Shown in pieces: positions 9,051 to 17,577 of a stretch of 47,592 bases of DNA. The DNA comes from Candidatus Moranbacteria bacterium RIFCSPHIGHO2_01_FULL_54_31 (GTDB lineage: Bacteria > Patescibacteriota > Minisyncoccia > Moranbacterales > UBA1568): assembly GCA_001784695.1 (NCBI GenBank), contig MFRV01000004.1:1-47592 (forward strand). Reading direction: 5' to 3'. The first letter of the stretch is position 1. Each line of letters opens with the position of its first letter. The notes under the pieces were generated by a model. It was not told the origin of the DNA, searched no databases, and was given only the letters and a program-made list of their open reading frames with translations. A program made the translations under genes and the position numbers.

Positions 9051-9815
9051 ATGTCTCGAAAATTTTTGGTATTTTTAGTGGCACTTGTTCTCGGGGCGAG
9101 CGCCTCAGTCGCGTATGCTACCCACTCCTGGGGCGGATACCACTGGGCGCGTACGGCGAATCCCTTTACCTTGAAGCTCGGGGACAACGTCTCTGTCAAT
9201 TGGGATAATATTCTCACTACAGCTGCGAGTGATTGGACCGTTTCATCAGTTCTGGATACTGCGGTTGCTGCCGGCAGTACCAATCCCAAGAACTGCAAAG
9301 CCGTCACAGGGCGGGTGGAAGTCTGCAACAGCAAATACGGCAATAACGGCTGGCTCGGCATCGCGCAGATATGGGTAAGCGGCAGTCACATTACCAAAGG
9401 AGTAACAAAGCTCAATGATACCTACTTCAATACGCCGATGTACAATACGCCTGCCTGGCGCACTCTCGTTATGTGTCAGGAAATCGGCCATACGCTCGGT
9501 CTTGACCATCAGGATGAAGTCTTCGGCAATGCCAATCTCGGGACTTGTATGGATTATACGAATGATCCCTCCGCGAACCAGCATCCCAATCAGCACGACT
9601 ATGATATGCTGGCGCAGATCTACGCTCACCTCGATGGGAGTACAACCGTGGGACAGAGTGCGACCAATGGCAAAGCCGAAGTGGATCATAATGACAGGCG
9701 CACGTGGGGGAAATCCATCCGTACCAGTAGCGACGGAAAATCCTCGCTTTTTGTTCGCGAATTCGCTGGCAAAGAAAAAGTATTCACCTTTGTCATCTGG
9801 GCTGAGGAAAAATAA
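9051..9815 (+). CDS. Secreted metzincin-like metallopeptidase with the variant motif QEIGHTLGLDH
   Basis: Signal peptide (FLVALVLGASASVAYA). It matches the HExxHxxGxxH layout except that the first position is Q. A downstream CMDYTNDP could supply the Met-turn region. Confidence 0.65.
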   Translation: MSRKFLVFLVALVLGASASVAYATHSWGGYHWARTANPFTLKLGDNVSVNWDNILTTAASDWTVSSVLDTAVAAGSTNPKNCKAVTGRVEVCNSKYGNNGWLGIAQIWVSGSHITKGVTKLNDTYFNTPMYNTPAWRTLVMCQEIGHTLGLDHQDEVFGNANLGTCMDYTNDPSANQHPNQHDYDMLAQIYAHLDGSTTVGQSATNGKAEVDHNDRRTWGKSIRTSSDGKSSLFVREFAGKEKVFTFVIWAEEK

Positions 9816-9861
9816 TTTTCAAACGTTTTTGTCAGGCAACCCCGTTTGAGTAGGTGGAGCT

Positions 9862-9895
9862 AAAAAGAGCCTTATGGAAGGTTCTTTTTTGTTTT
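9862..9895 (+). terminator. Intrinsic terminator after the metallopeptidase gene
   Basis: AAAAAGAGCCTT-ATGG-AAGGTTCTTTTTT (one G-U), then GTTTT. It ends 2 nt before the csoR promoter -35. Confidence 0.6.
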
Positions 9896-9896
9896 C

Positions 9897-9926
9897 TTGA
9901 CAATACCCCCTAGGGGGTATTAGAAT
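9897..9926 (+). promoter_or_regulatory. csoR/copper-operon promoter with an embedded CsoR operator
   Basis: TTGACA (9897-9902), an 18-nt perfect palindrome ATACCCCCTAGGGGGTAT (9903-9920) filling the whole spacer, and TAGAAT (9921-9926). It lies 23 nt upstream of the csoR ATG. Confidence 0.7.
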
Positions 9927-9948
9927 AGAGATACTTATTAATACGCTT

Positions 9949-10212
9949 ATGGCTCCCGCAAAACAGAAGCTCATCCGCCGGCTCAAGATCATCGAAGGCC
10001 AAGTCCGCGGCCTTCAGGAGATGCTCGCGAAAGACGCCTACTGCATCGATGTGATCACCCAGACATCCGCCGTGAAGCAGGGGCTGACTGCCGTGGAGGA
10101 TGCTCTGATGGAAAGCCATCTCGGCACGTGCGCCATCGCCCAAATCAAAGGCGGCAAGGAAGCCAAGGCCAAAGAAGAAATTCTCAAGGTGTATAGGCTC
10201 AAACGCAAGTAA
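9949..10212 (+). CDS. csoR: CsoR/RcnR-family metal-sensing transcriptional repressor
   Basis: 87 aa. RLKIIEGQVRGLQEML, the YCIDVITQ Cys and the ESHLGTC His/Cys pair match the CsoR Cu(I) ligand pattern (C-H-C). It is the first gene of the copper cluster. Confidence 0.85.
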   Translation: MAPAKQKLIRRLKIIEGQVRGLQEMLAKDAYCIDVITQTSAVKQGLTAVEDALMESHLGTCAIAQIKGGKEAKAKEEILKVYRLKRK

Positions 10213-10234
10213 CCTTTTTAAGCATCGTTGTTGT

Positions 10235-11839
10235 ATGCAAAAAAAATCCTTATATCTTTCTCTTATCGGGGTGGCTATAGTGATGGGAAGTCTCATCTGG
10301 TATTTCCAGAAAACGAAGTCTGAACTCCGGGAATCAGAATCTTTGTCTTCTCGTACAGATGATGTGCCGGAAGCGCAGAGCCCTACCGCCATTGACCTTA
10401 CAGATGGACAAAGCGTGGATCTTGTCGTGATGCCAGTCAAGAAAACCATTGCTGGCCGTACCGTGAAAATGCTCGGCTACAACGGTTCTATTCCTGGGCC
10501 GACATTCCGTATTCCTGAAGGATCGGAAATTACAATCAACCTGAAGAACGGTGGAGATATTGCCACCACACTCCATGCTCACGGAGTACGAATGGATAAC
10601 CCCTTTGACGGCGTTCCAGGGGTGACTCAAAAAGAGATTGCGGTCGGAGAATCATTTTCCTATAAGCTCAAATTTTCAGACCCAGGCGTATTCTGGTACC
10701 ACCCTCATGTGAGAACGGACTATGCCCTTGAGTCAGGACTCTATGCTAACATCATTGTGACACCAAAGGGGAGCACCTACTGGTCGCCAGTCAATCGAGA
10801 AATTCCCCTCATGTTGGACGATATTGCTTTGGACAAAAATGGTTTACTGCCATTTGATAGCAAGGTAGCTGATCATACGCTTATGGGACGCTTCGGCAAT
10901 GTGATGTTGGTGAACGGTGAGACAGGTTACCAGCTTCAAGCGAAGCAAGGAGAGGTAGTTCGTTTCTATCTGACCAATGCCGCCAATACCCGGCTCTTCA
11001 ACTTTGCCCTTCCTGGCGCGAAAATGAAACTCGTCGGAGCGGATGTGGGACGGTATGAAAGAGAGACATTCGTGGATACGGTGCTCGTGGCTCCTGGTGA
11101 GCGTCGCGTCGTCGATGTGTTCTTCGAAAAGCCGGGTGAGTACGTGATGAAACACCAAACTCCCGATAAAGAGTATGCTCTCGGAGCCGTGTCCGTCTCG
11201 GCTGAAACCACCAATCCCTCCTATACCAACGAGTTTTCTGTGTTGCGTACCAACATAACTGTCGTTGATGAGTTAGAAAATCTTATGAACATCTACCTGA
11301 CGAAGTCTCCCGACAAGAGTCTAAATCTCTCGCTTGATATGACAGCAGAGATGCGGAAGGGTATGCCAATGGGGATGCACTCGATGGGTGGCGGGATGGC
11401 GATGTCGGACAAAGATATGGGGATGGGCGATGACGGCGATGCGCTCGAATGGGAGGACACGATGGCCAGCATGAATGCCTTGTCAAATTCCGCTATGATG
11501 AAATGGAAGCTCATAGACGGTACGACGGGAAAAGTGAATATGGATATCGGCGACTGGAGCTTCAAGTCTGGTGAAAAAGTGAAAATCCGCATCTTCAACG
11601 ATCCGCAGTCTCTGCACCCGATGCAGCACCCGATCCACTTCCATGGGCAGCGCCTCATGGCGCTCTCAACGAACGGCGTGAAAAATGACAATCCGGTGTG
11701 GGCGGATACCGTACTCGTTGCCAAAGGCGACACGGTCGACATCTTGCTTGACGCCTCTAATCCCGGCGTTTGGGTCGCGCACTGCCATATCCTCGAACAC
11801 GCGGAGAGCGGCATGATGACGTCCTTCAAGGTCGAATAA
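10235..11839 (+). CDS. Multicopper oxidase (CueO/CopA-like) with a Met-rich insert
   Basis: Copper-site motifs HAHGV, WYHPH, HPIHFHG and HCHILEHAESGM. N-terminal TM/signal anchor. Met-rich segment MRKGMPMGMHSMGGGMAMSDKDMGMG. Confidence 0.85.
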   Translation: MQKKSLYLSLIGVAIVMGSLIWYFQKTKSELRESESLSSRTDDVPEAQSPTAIDLTDGQSVDLVVMPVKKTIAGRTVKMLGYNGSIPGPTFRIPEGSEITINLKNGGDIATTLHAHGVRMDNPFDGVPGVTQKEIAVGESFSYKLKFSDPGVFWYHPHVRTDYALESGLYANIIVTPKGSTYWSPVNREIPLMLDDIALDKNGLLPFDSKVADHTLMGRFGNVMLVNGETGYQLQAKQGEVVRFYLTNAANTRLFNFALPGAKMKLVGADVGRYERETFVDTVLVAPGERRVVDVFFEKPGEYVMKHQTPDKEYALGAVSVSAETTNPSYTNEFSVLRTNITVVDELENLMNIYLTKSPDKSLNLSLDMTAEMRKGMPMGMHSMGGGMAMSDKDMGMGDDGDALEWEDTMASMNALSNSAMMKWKLIDGTTGKVNMDIGDWSFKSGEKVKIRIFNDPQSLHPMQHPIHFHGQRLMALSTNGVKNDNPVWADTVLVAKGDTVDILLDASNPGVWVAHCHILEHAESGMMTSFKVE

Positions 11840-11844
11840 CATAT

Positions 11845-13185
11845 ATGAATAAGGTAATTATAGACATCGCCGGGATGCACTGCCGTTCGTGCGAGATGCT
11901 GACGGAAGAAGAGCTCGCGAAGGTTCCCGGCGTGAAAAAAGTGAAGACGCATTTCCGATCCGGCATGGCGGAAGTGTTCTATGAAGGAGAGAAGCCGAGC
12001 GATGAGGCGCTCGAGAAGGCGGTACGGAATGCCGGCTATACGGTCGGCAAAGGCGAGCGTCCGTGGGTGACGAAGAATATGTCCGCATGGGTGGAGTTTC
12101 TGTTCGCTTTCGGTATCGTTCTCGTGCTCTTTCTCTTCGCGCAAGCGGCAGGGCTCTTCAGTATCTCTCTCGGATCGGCACAGCGGCTCGAGAGCCTGCC
12201 GTTCGTGCTACTCCTCGGCGTAGTCGCCGGGTTCTCGACGTGTATGGCGATTGTGGGCGGACTGGTGCTCGCGGTGTCGGCGCGCTTCAGTGAGATGCAT
12301 CCGGAAGCGAGCGTCCGCCAGAAATTCCTTCCAGACGTGTATTTCAATCTCGGCCGCGTGGGAGGATTTGCGATTCTCGGCGCGCTTCTGGGTTGGTTCG
12401 GTTCAGTCTTGCAACTCTCCTCGTTTTCGGTCGGCATCCTTATCGTGGCGGTGAGCGTTGTCATGCTGCTCATCGGACTGCAGCTTCTCGAACTGTTCCC
12501 GCGGCTTTCCGCGTGGAAACTGATGCTGCCGAAATGGATAGCGCGGGCGCTCGGGATCCGATCGCACGCGAAGAAAGAATACAGCCATACGCGGGCGATG
12601 GCACTCGGCGCGGCAACGTTTTTCCTGCCGTGCGGATTCACCCAGGCGGTGCAGCTCTACGTCGTAACGGCGGGGAGCCCGATGATCGGCGCGCTTTCGA
12701 TGGGAGCGTTCGCGCTCGGCACGGCGCCGGGACTGCTCGGTATCGGTGGACTGGCAGCGGCCGCGCGAGGGTCGTTCCGCAGATTCTTCTTCAAGACGGC
12801 CGGCATCATCGTCATCGCACTCGGAATCTTCAATTTCCAGAACGGAACTACTTTGGTGAGGCTCGGGCCTGATCAGCAGGCAGGCGATGGATCCGCAATG
12901 AACGGAGCGATTCTCGGTGACAAGCAGGTGATCCGGATCACGCAGAAGGCCGATGGCTATTTCCCAAATCAATTGACAGTAAAGAGAGGGCGGCCGGTGA
13001 AACTCATCATCGATTCGGAGAATTCATACACATGCGCATCGAGCTTCACGATGCCGAAAATCGGCATTCAGAAAATACTCGAACCGGGTGAAAACGTGTT
13101 CGAATTTGTGCCGGAAAAATCGGGACCGATTCCGTTCAGCTGCAGTATGGGGATGTTCCGCGGCACGATCAATGTGATTGAATAA
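11845..13185 (+). CDS. Fusion protein: HMA metal-binding domain, TauE/SafE (DsbD_2-like) membrane core, and C-terminal cupredoxin-like domain
   Basis: ATG at 11845 ([17 protein letters not shown]), 6 nt after the oxidase stop. The 11770 ORF-track start overlaps the oxidase. GMHCRSC is the HMA motif. Multi-TM core with [11 protein letters not shown] and LPCGFTQ. C-terminal beta domain ends in [11 protein letters not shown]. Confidence 0.75.
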   Translation: MNKVIIDIAGMHCRSCEMLTEEELAKVPGVKKVKTHFRSGMAEVFYEGEKPSDEALEKAVRNAGYTVGKGERPWVTKNMSAWVEFLFAFGIVLVLFLFAQAAGLFSISLGSAQRLESLPFVLLLGVVAGFSTCMAIVGGLVLAVSARFSEMHPEASVRQKFLPDVYFNLGRVGGFAILGALLGWFGSVLQLSSFSVGILIVAVSVVMLLIGLQLLELFPRLSAWKLMLPKWIARALGIRSHAKKEYSHTRAMALGAATFFLPCGFTQAVQLYVVTAGSPMIGALSMGAFALGTAPGLLGIGGLAAAARGSFRRFFFKTAGIIVIALGIFNFQNGTTLVRLGPDQQAGDGSAMNGAILGDKQVIRITQKADGYFPNQLTVKRGRPVKLIIDSENSYTCASSFTMPKIGIQKILEPGENVFEFVPEKSGPIPFSCSMGMFRGTINVIE

Positions 13186-13196
13186 TCCGTAAGTCT

Positions 13197-15605
13197 ATGA
13201 AAACAATACCATCAGGAGAAGGAGAAAAAAGAGTGCAGCTTTCCATCGGCGGGATGCACTGCGCCTCATGCGCGAATATCATCGAACGGCAGCTGAAAAA
13301 AGTGCTGGGAGTGAAGCAGGCGAATGTGAACATCGGTACGGAGAAAGCGAGCATCGTGTTCGAGAGCGCGCAAGTCGGTATACCGGCACTGAAAAAAGCC
13401 GTGGAGGCGGCCGGCTATACGGCGGAAGAGATCGACCCGCGGGATACCGAGTATGAAACAAAGAAACGCGCGCGCGTCGAGCATGAGTATCGGCAGAAAT
13501 TCCTCTGGGGACTGACCCTATCGCTCCCGATGTTTTACTTTATGCTGTTCGATTTCTTCGATGTTTTCGGTGAGACGGCATTCTTGTCATATGTGGGCAT
13601 CGTGTCGCTTTTCCTCACGCTGCCTGTGCAGTTTGTGATCGGTGCGGGATTTTACAAAGGCATGTGGTCGTCGCTCCGGATGAAAATGTTCAATATGGAC
13701 AGCTTGATCGCTATAGGGACGACGACGGCGTTCGCGTACAGCGCGGTGAATTATGGGCTGTATGTGGCACGGAATAATTCTCTGGTCGGTCTTTCTGGTG
13801 AAAAAATTCCGGAACTGTATTTCGAGACGGCAGCGTTCCTCATCACGTTCGTGATCTTGGGCAAATGGCTTGAGGCGCGGACCAAGGGCAGGACGTCGGA
13901 CGCGATCCGCAAACTGATGGGACTGGCGCCGAAAACCGCGCGCGTAGTTAGAAATGGCGAGACGAAAGATATTCCGGTAGAAGCAGTGGCGCATGGCGAC
14001 ATCGTGGTGGTGCGTCCGGGAGAACGGATCCCGGTGGACGGCGTGGTACGATCAGGACATTCGGCGGTGGATGAGTCGATGATTACCGGAGAAAGCCTGC
14101 CGGTCGAAAAAAATACCGGTGATACCGTGATCGGCGGGACGGTGAATAAGGTCGGCAGTTTCGAATTCGAGGCGACGCGCGTGGGGAGCGAGACGACGCT
14201 GGCCAATATCGTGCGGCTCATCGAAGAGGCCCAAGGATCGAAAGCGCCAATCCAGGATTTCGCGGACCGCATCTCGGCATGGTTCGTACCGGCGGTGATC
14301 GGTATCGCGATACTGACTTTTATTTCGTGGTATTTCTTTCTCGGTGCGACGCTTTCGTTCGCGCTGATGGCATTCACGGCGGTGATCGTGATCGCGTGTC
14401 CGTGCGCGCTGGGACTCGCGACGCCGACGGCGCTGATGGCGGGGACGGGCAAGGGAGCGGAGAACGGCATCTTGATTAAAGGCGGTGTTCCGCTCGAGAT
14501 GACGAGGAATATCACCGCAATCATCTTCGACAAGACCGGAACGCTTACGAAGGGTCAGCCGGAAGTGACGGACATCATATCTTTCGGAGAAACTTCAGAA
14601 AACGATATTCTCGCGGTAGCCGCGTCGCTCGAACGACAGTCTGAGCATCCGCTGGCGGAAGCGATCTACGTCTACGCCGAAAAGAGCAGTCTCTCCAATC
14701 GGAATGTGAGTGGCTTTTCTGCCATACCTGGCAAAGGCGTGCGAGGGACGATAGATGGCAAAGAATATTCTTTCGGAAACAGCAGACTCGTGGAAGACCA
14801 ACAGATCGTTCTCGAGGCAGATATCGAACGTACGGTGGCTCGATTGGAAACGGAGGGGAAAACAGCGATGTATCTCGCTGCCGGGACGACCCTACTTGGA
14901 GCGATCGCGGTTGCTGATACCATCAAGGATACTTCCAAAGAAGCCGTGATGCAGTTGCAACGTCTCGGGCTCGAAGTCTGGATGATCACCGGGGACAATG
15001 AACGCACCGCGCGCGCGATCGCATCGCAGGTTGGCATCGAGAGCGTGATGGCGAGTGTTCTGCCTGAGGACAAGGTAGCCAAAGTGAAAGCGCTGCAATC
15101 ACGAGGGAACAAAGTGGCGATGGTTGGAGATGGCATCAATGATGCGCCGGCGCTCGCTCAGGCGGATCTGGGGATAGCGATGGGAGCGGGGACGGATGTG
15201 GCGATGGAAACAGGCGACATCGTGCTGATGAAAAACGATCTGCGCGACGTCGTGACGGCGTTCGAACTTTCGAGGGAAACGATGTGGAAGATCAAGCAGA
15301 ATCTGTTCTTCGCGCTCTTCTACAACGTGATGGGCATCCCGATCGCGGCGCGGGTGTTCGTCGATTTCGGCCTGGTGCTGAAGCCGGAGCTTGCCGGGCT
15401 CGCGATGGCGCTCTCGTCGGTATCGGTCGTGACCAACTCGCTGTTCCTGCGCTTTTTCCGTCCGGGCAAGAGGAATTGGCTCTCGCTTGCGGCGCCATTC
15501 ATTATGATTATCGCGTTCTCGCTTCTGTTCCTCCAATTTGCCAAGCTTTCCGGCGCGCAGGATATGCGAGGAACGGAAACGGGGAAAATCGAGATAAGAA
15601 AATAA
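13197..15605 (+). CDS. copA: Copper-translocating P1B-1-type ATPase CopA
   Basis: HMA GMHCASC, TM4 CPC ([11 protein letters not shown]), [17 protein letters not shown]5 YN(x4)P, and TM6 MALSSVSV (the Cu(I) signature). Confidence 0.9.
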   Translation: MKTIPSGEGEKRVQLSIGGMHCASCANIIERQLKKVLGVKQANVNIGTEKASIVFESAQVGIPALKKAVEAAGYTAEEIDPRDTEYETKKRARVEHEYRQKFLWGLTLSLPMFYFMLFDFFDVFGETAFLSYVGIVSLFLTLPVQFVIGAGFYKGMWSSLRMKMFNMDSLIAIGTTTAFAYSAVNYGLYVARNNSLVGLSGEKIPELYFETAAFLITFVILGKWLEARTKGRTSDAIRKLMGLAPKTARVVRNGETKDIPVEAVAHGDIVVVRPGERIPVDGVVRSGHSAVDESMITGESLPVEKNTGDTVIGGTVNKVGSFEFEATRVGSETTLANIVRLIEEAQGSKAPIQDFADRISAWFVPAVIGIAILTFISWYFFLGATLSFALMAFTAVIVIACPCALGLATPTALMAGTGKGAENGILIKGGVPLEMTRNITAIIFDKTGTLTKGQPEVTDIISFGETSENDILAVAASLERQSEHPLAEAIYVYAEKSSLSNRNVSGFSAIPGKGVRGTIDGKEYSFGNSRLVEDQQIVLEADIERTVARLETEGKTAMYLAAGTTLLGAIAVADTIKDTSKEAVMQLQRLGLEVWMITGDNERTARAIASQVGIESVMASVLPEDKVAKVKALQSRGNKVAMVGDGINDAPALAQADLGIAMGAGTDVAMETGDIVLMKNDLRDVVTAFELSRETMWKIKQNLFFALFYNVMGIPIAARVFVDFGLVLKPELAGLAMALSSVSVVTNSLFLRFFRPGKRNWLSLAAPFIMIIAFSLLFLQFAKLSGAQDMRGTETGKIEIRK

Positions 15606-15630
15606 TACGTAATCACATAATGACTGACAT

Positions 15631-16191
15631 ATGGATACACAATCACCCGTCGAACAGCCGTCGAAGCAGGAGCGCAGGGCGCTGGAAATCGAGCAGCGCA
15701 GGCAGACGCAGGCAAGCGCATCGCGCAAACAGCGGCTGAAGAAAATAATCAAGCGGTCTGCTGGTGCGCTGCTTGTCGCTGGCAGCATCGGAACACTTGT
15801 GTGGTATGTCGCGACACTGCCGCCGCTTCAGGAAGACGAGATAATTTCACGGAACGGCATCCACTGGCACTCGCAGCTGACGCTGTATGTCAAAGGGGTG
15901 AAACAGGATATCCCGAAGGACATCGGCATCGGGTCGGTGCACAAGCCGGTGCACACGCACGATGCGGATGGAGTCATTCACCTTGAATTTCAGGGATTGG
16001 TCCGTCGGCAAGATACGACGCTCGGACAGTTTTTCAAAAACTGGGGCAAGAATCCCGATGACTTCGGCCCGTTGACTGCAATGGCGGTGAATGGCCAAGA
16101 GAATACCGAGTTTATGAACTATCATATGCGGGATACGGACAAGATAGAGATCAGATTCGACGAAGCGGAGAGTGCGGCACAAAACCGGTAG
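15631..16191 (+). CDS. Membrane-anchored His-rich hypothetical protein
   Basis: 186 aa. Basic N-terminus, one TM (LLVAGSIGTLVWYVATL), then IHWHSQLTLYVKG...VHKPVHTHDADGVIHLEF. No family name I can give with confidence. Confidence 0.5.
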   Translation: MDTQSPVEQPSKQERRALEIEQRRQTQASASRKQRLKKIIKRSAGALLVAGSIGTLVWYVATLPPLQEDEIISRNGIHWHSQLTLYVKGVKQDIPKDIGIGSVHKPVHTHDADGVIHLEFQGLVRRQDTTLGQFFKNWGKNPDDFGPLTAMAVNGQENTEFMNYHMRDTDKIEIRFDEAESAAQNR

Positions 16192-16217
16192 ATAATACAT
16201 AACAGGGCAACAATCAT

Positions 16218-16613
16218 ATGGAAACGACGAATTATGGGTTTACCAAGACAGTAGCGCTCCCGTTCGCGGAAGCGGTAGCGAAAGTGAAGGAAGTGTTGGC
16301 GCTTGAGGGATTCGGCCAGCTGACCGAGATCGATGTGCAGGCCAAGCTAAAAGAGAAATTGGGCGCGGATATGGAGCCGTATATGATTCTCGGGATGTGC
16401 CATCCGGCATTGGCGCATCAGGCGCTTCTGATAGAAACCGAGATCGGACTGCTCTTGCCGTGCAATGTGATCGTGTATGAGAAGGGCGGTATCGTGCATA
16501 TCGCTGTCCAGAAGCCGAACCTGATGGCGCAAGTCGTACAGAAGAAAGGGCTTGAAGCGGTGGCAGAAGAAGCGGAAAAGCATATTCTTTCAGCGCTTGA
16601 TTCTATCGCATAA
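16218..16613 (+). CDS. DUF302 domain protein
   Basis: 131 aa. GF..TEIDVQAKLKEKLG...YMILGMCHP...LLLPCNVIVYE matches the DUF302 pattern that recurs in metal-resistance islands. Confidence 0.75.
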   Translation: METTNYGFTKTVALPFAEAVAKVKEVLALEGFGQLTEIDVQAKLKEKLGADMEPYMILGMCHPALAHQALLIETEIGLLLPCNVIVYEKGGIVHIAVQKPNLMAQVVQKKGLEAVAEEAEKHILSALDSIA

Positions 16614-16647
16614 TAAATAATCAAATAACCGAAGGAGGTGAATATAT

Positions 16648-16896
16648 ATGATGGGAAATTATTTCGGAGGAGGGTACGGGTTTATGGGCGGTTTCGGATT
16701 CTTCTGGATGCTTATTTTCTGGGGATTGATTATTTGGGGCATTATCGTGCTCGTGCAATCAGTATCAAAGAATAACAATCAATCTTCCGGCATCCCGCAA
16801 GAAGATGCGGCTCTGAAGACGCTCCGTGAGCGCTATGCCAAAGGAGAAATAAAGAAAGATGAATTCGAGTCTATAAAAAAAGACCTTACGGCCTAG
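16648..16896 (+). CDS. SHOCT-domain small membrane protein
   Basis: 82 aa. GGAGGTG RBS 8 nt upstream. Gly-rich TM N-terminus and a C-terminal LRERYAKGEIKKDEFESIKKDL, which is the SHOCT motif. Confidence 0.7.
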   Translation: MMGNYFGGGYGFMGGFGFFWMLIFWGLIIWGIIVLVQSVSKNNNQSSGIPQEDAALKTLRERYAKGEIKKDEFESIKKDLTA

Positions 16897-16983
16897 GAGA
16901 GGCGGAAGAGAAATTAAAGAGAGCTATCGACGCGGTATAATGGAAAAGTTTTGTTTCAATAACTAATATTTTACATCGCTTTT

Positions 16984-17250
16984 ATGCAAGAACTCTCGCT
17001 ATCATCCTATGTTTGGAAATGTGTAGTCGGATCGGAGATTGCCTATGTACTCTGTCTCGTTGGCGGGTACTTGCCGTGGCGCACGCCAAGAGGGCTGGAA
17101 TTGCATCACACGCTCTTTGAGATGATCCCTGGCTTTATCTGGGGCAGCTTCGGAAGCGCCGTCTGGGGAGCGGTACTCTTGGGAATTCTTTCGGTGATTT
17201 TCGGTTCTTATATTGTCTGGATGCACAATTCCAGCTTGGAGGAAAAATAA
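16984..17250 (+). CDS. Small two-TM hypothetical membrane protein
   Basis: 88 aa with two hydrophobic helices. Its position is conserved-looking inside the metal cluster. No named motif. Confidence 0.45.
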   Translation: MQELSLSSYVWKCVVGSEIAYVLCLVGGYLPWRTPRGLELHHTLFEMIPGFIWGSFGSAVWGAVLLGILSVIFGSYIVWMHNSSLEEK

Positions 17251-17258
17251 CACAATGT

Positions 17259-17471
17259 ATGGACAATCACGCTCACAGTGCATCGTGCTCGCGCACCCGG
17301 TACATTCTGATCGGCCTTTTGGTGATCACCGGAATCTATCTCATCGCTGATCATGGCCAGCATCTGCTGCCATATCTGCCGTTCGCATTTTTGCTTGGCT
17401 GCCTCTTCATGCATCTGTTTATGCATCATGGCAGTCACAGCGGTCATGATCATGGACCCGAAAACAAATAA
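17259..17471 (+). CDS. DUF2933-like small His-rich membrane protein
   Basis: 70 aa. Two TM helices and FMHLFMHHGSHSGHDHG at the C-terminus, which is the pattern of DUF2933 proteins found next to heavy-metal ATPases. Confidence 0.65.
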   Translation: MDNHAHSASCSRTRYILIGLLVITGIYLIADHGQHLLPYLPFAFLLGCLFMHLFMHHGSHSGHDHGPENK

Positions 17472-17577
17472 CGGGTATTGCCCCGATGTTACCGGCACTG
17501 CGCTCGCCTGCCTGCCGGTAGGCAGGGAAACGAAAGTAAACTTTCGTTTCACTTGCTTCATTTGGTAATAAAACAGT

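Noticed and set aside
17487-17550. Two hairpins (CCTGCC-GGTA-GGCAGG and the perfect 10-bp GAAACGAAAG-TAAA-CTTTCGTTTC) before the second ATPase, as a metal-responsive operator or riboswitch
   Set aside because: They bear no similarity to the CsoR operator or to any riboswitch core I recognise, and no U-tract follows. They may simply be a weak terminator or processing site between DUF2933 and the ATPase. The evidence is insufficient to call a feature.
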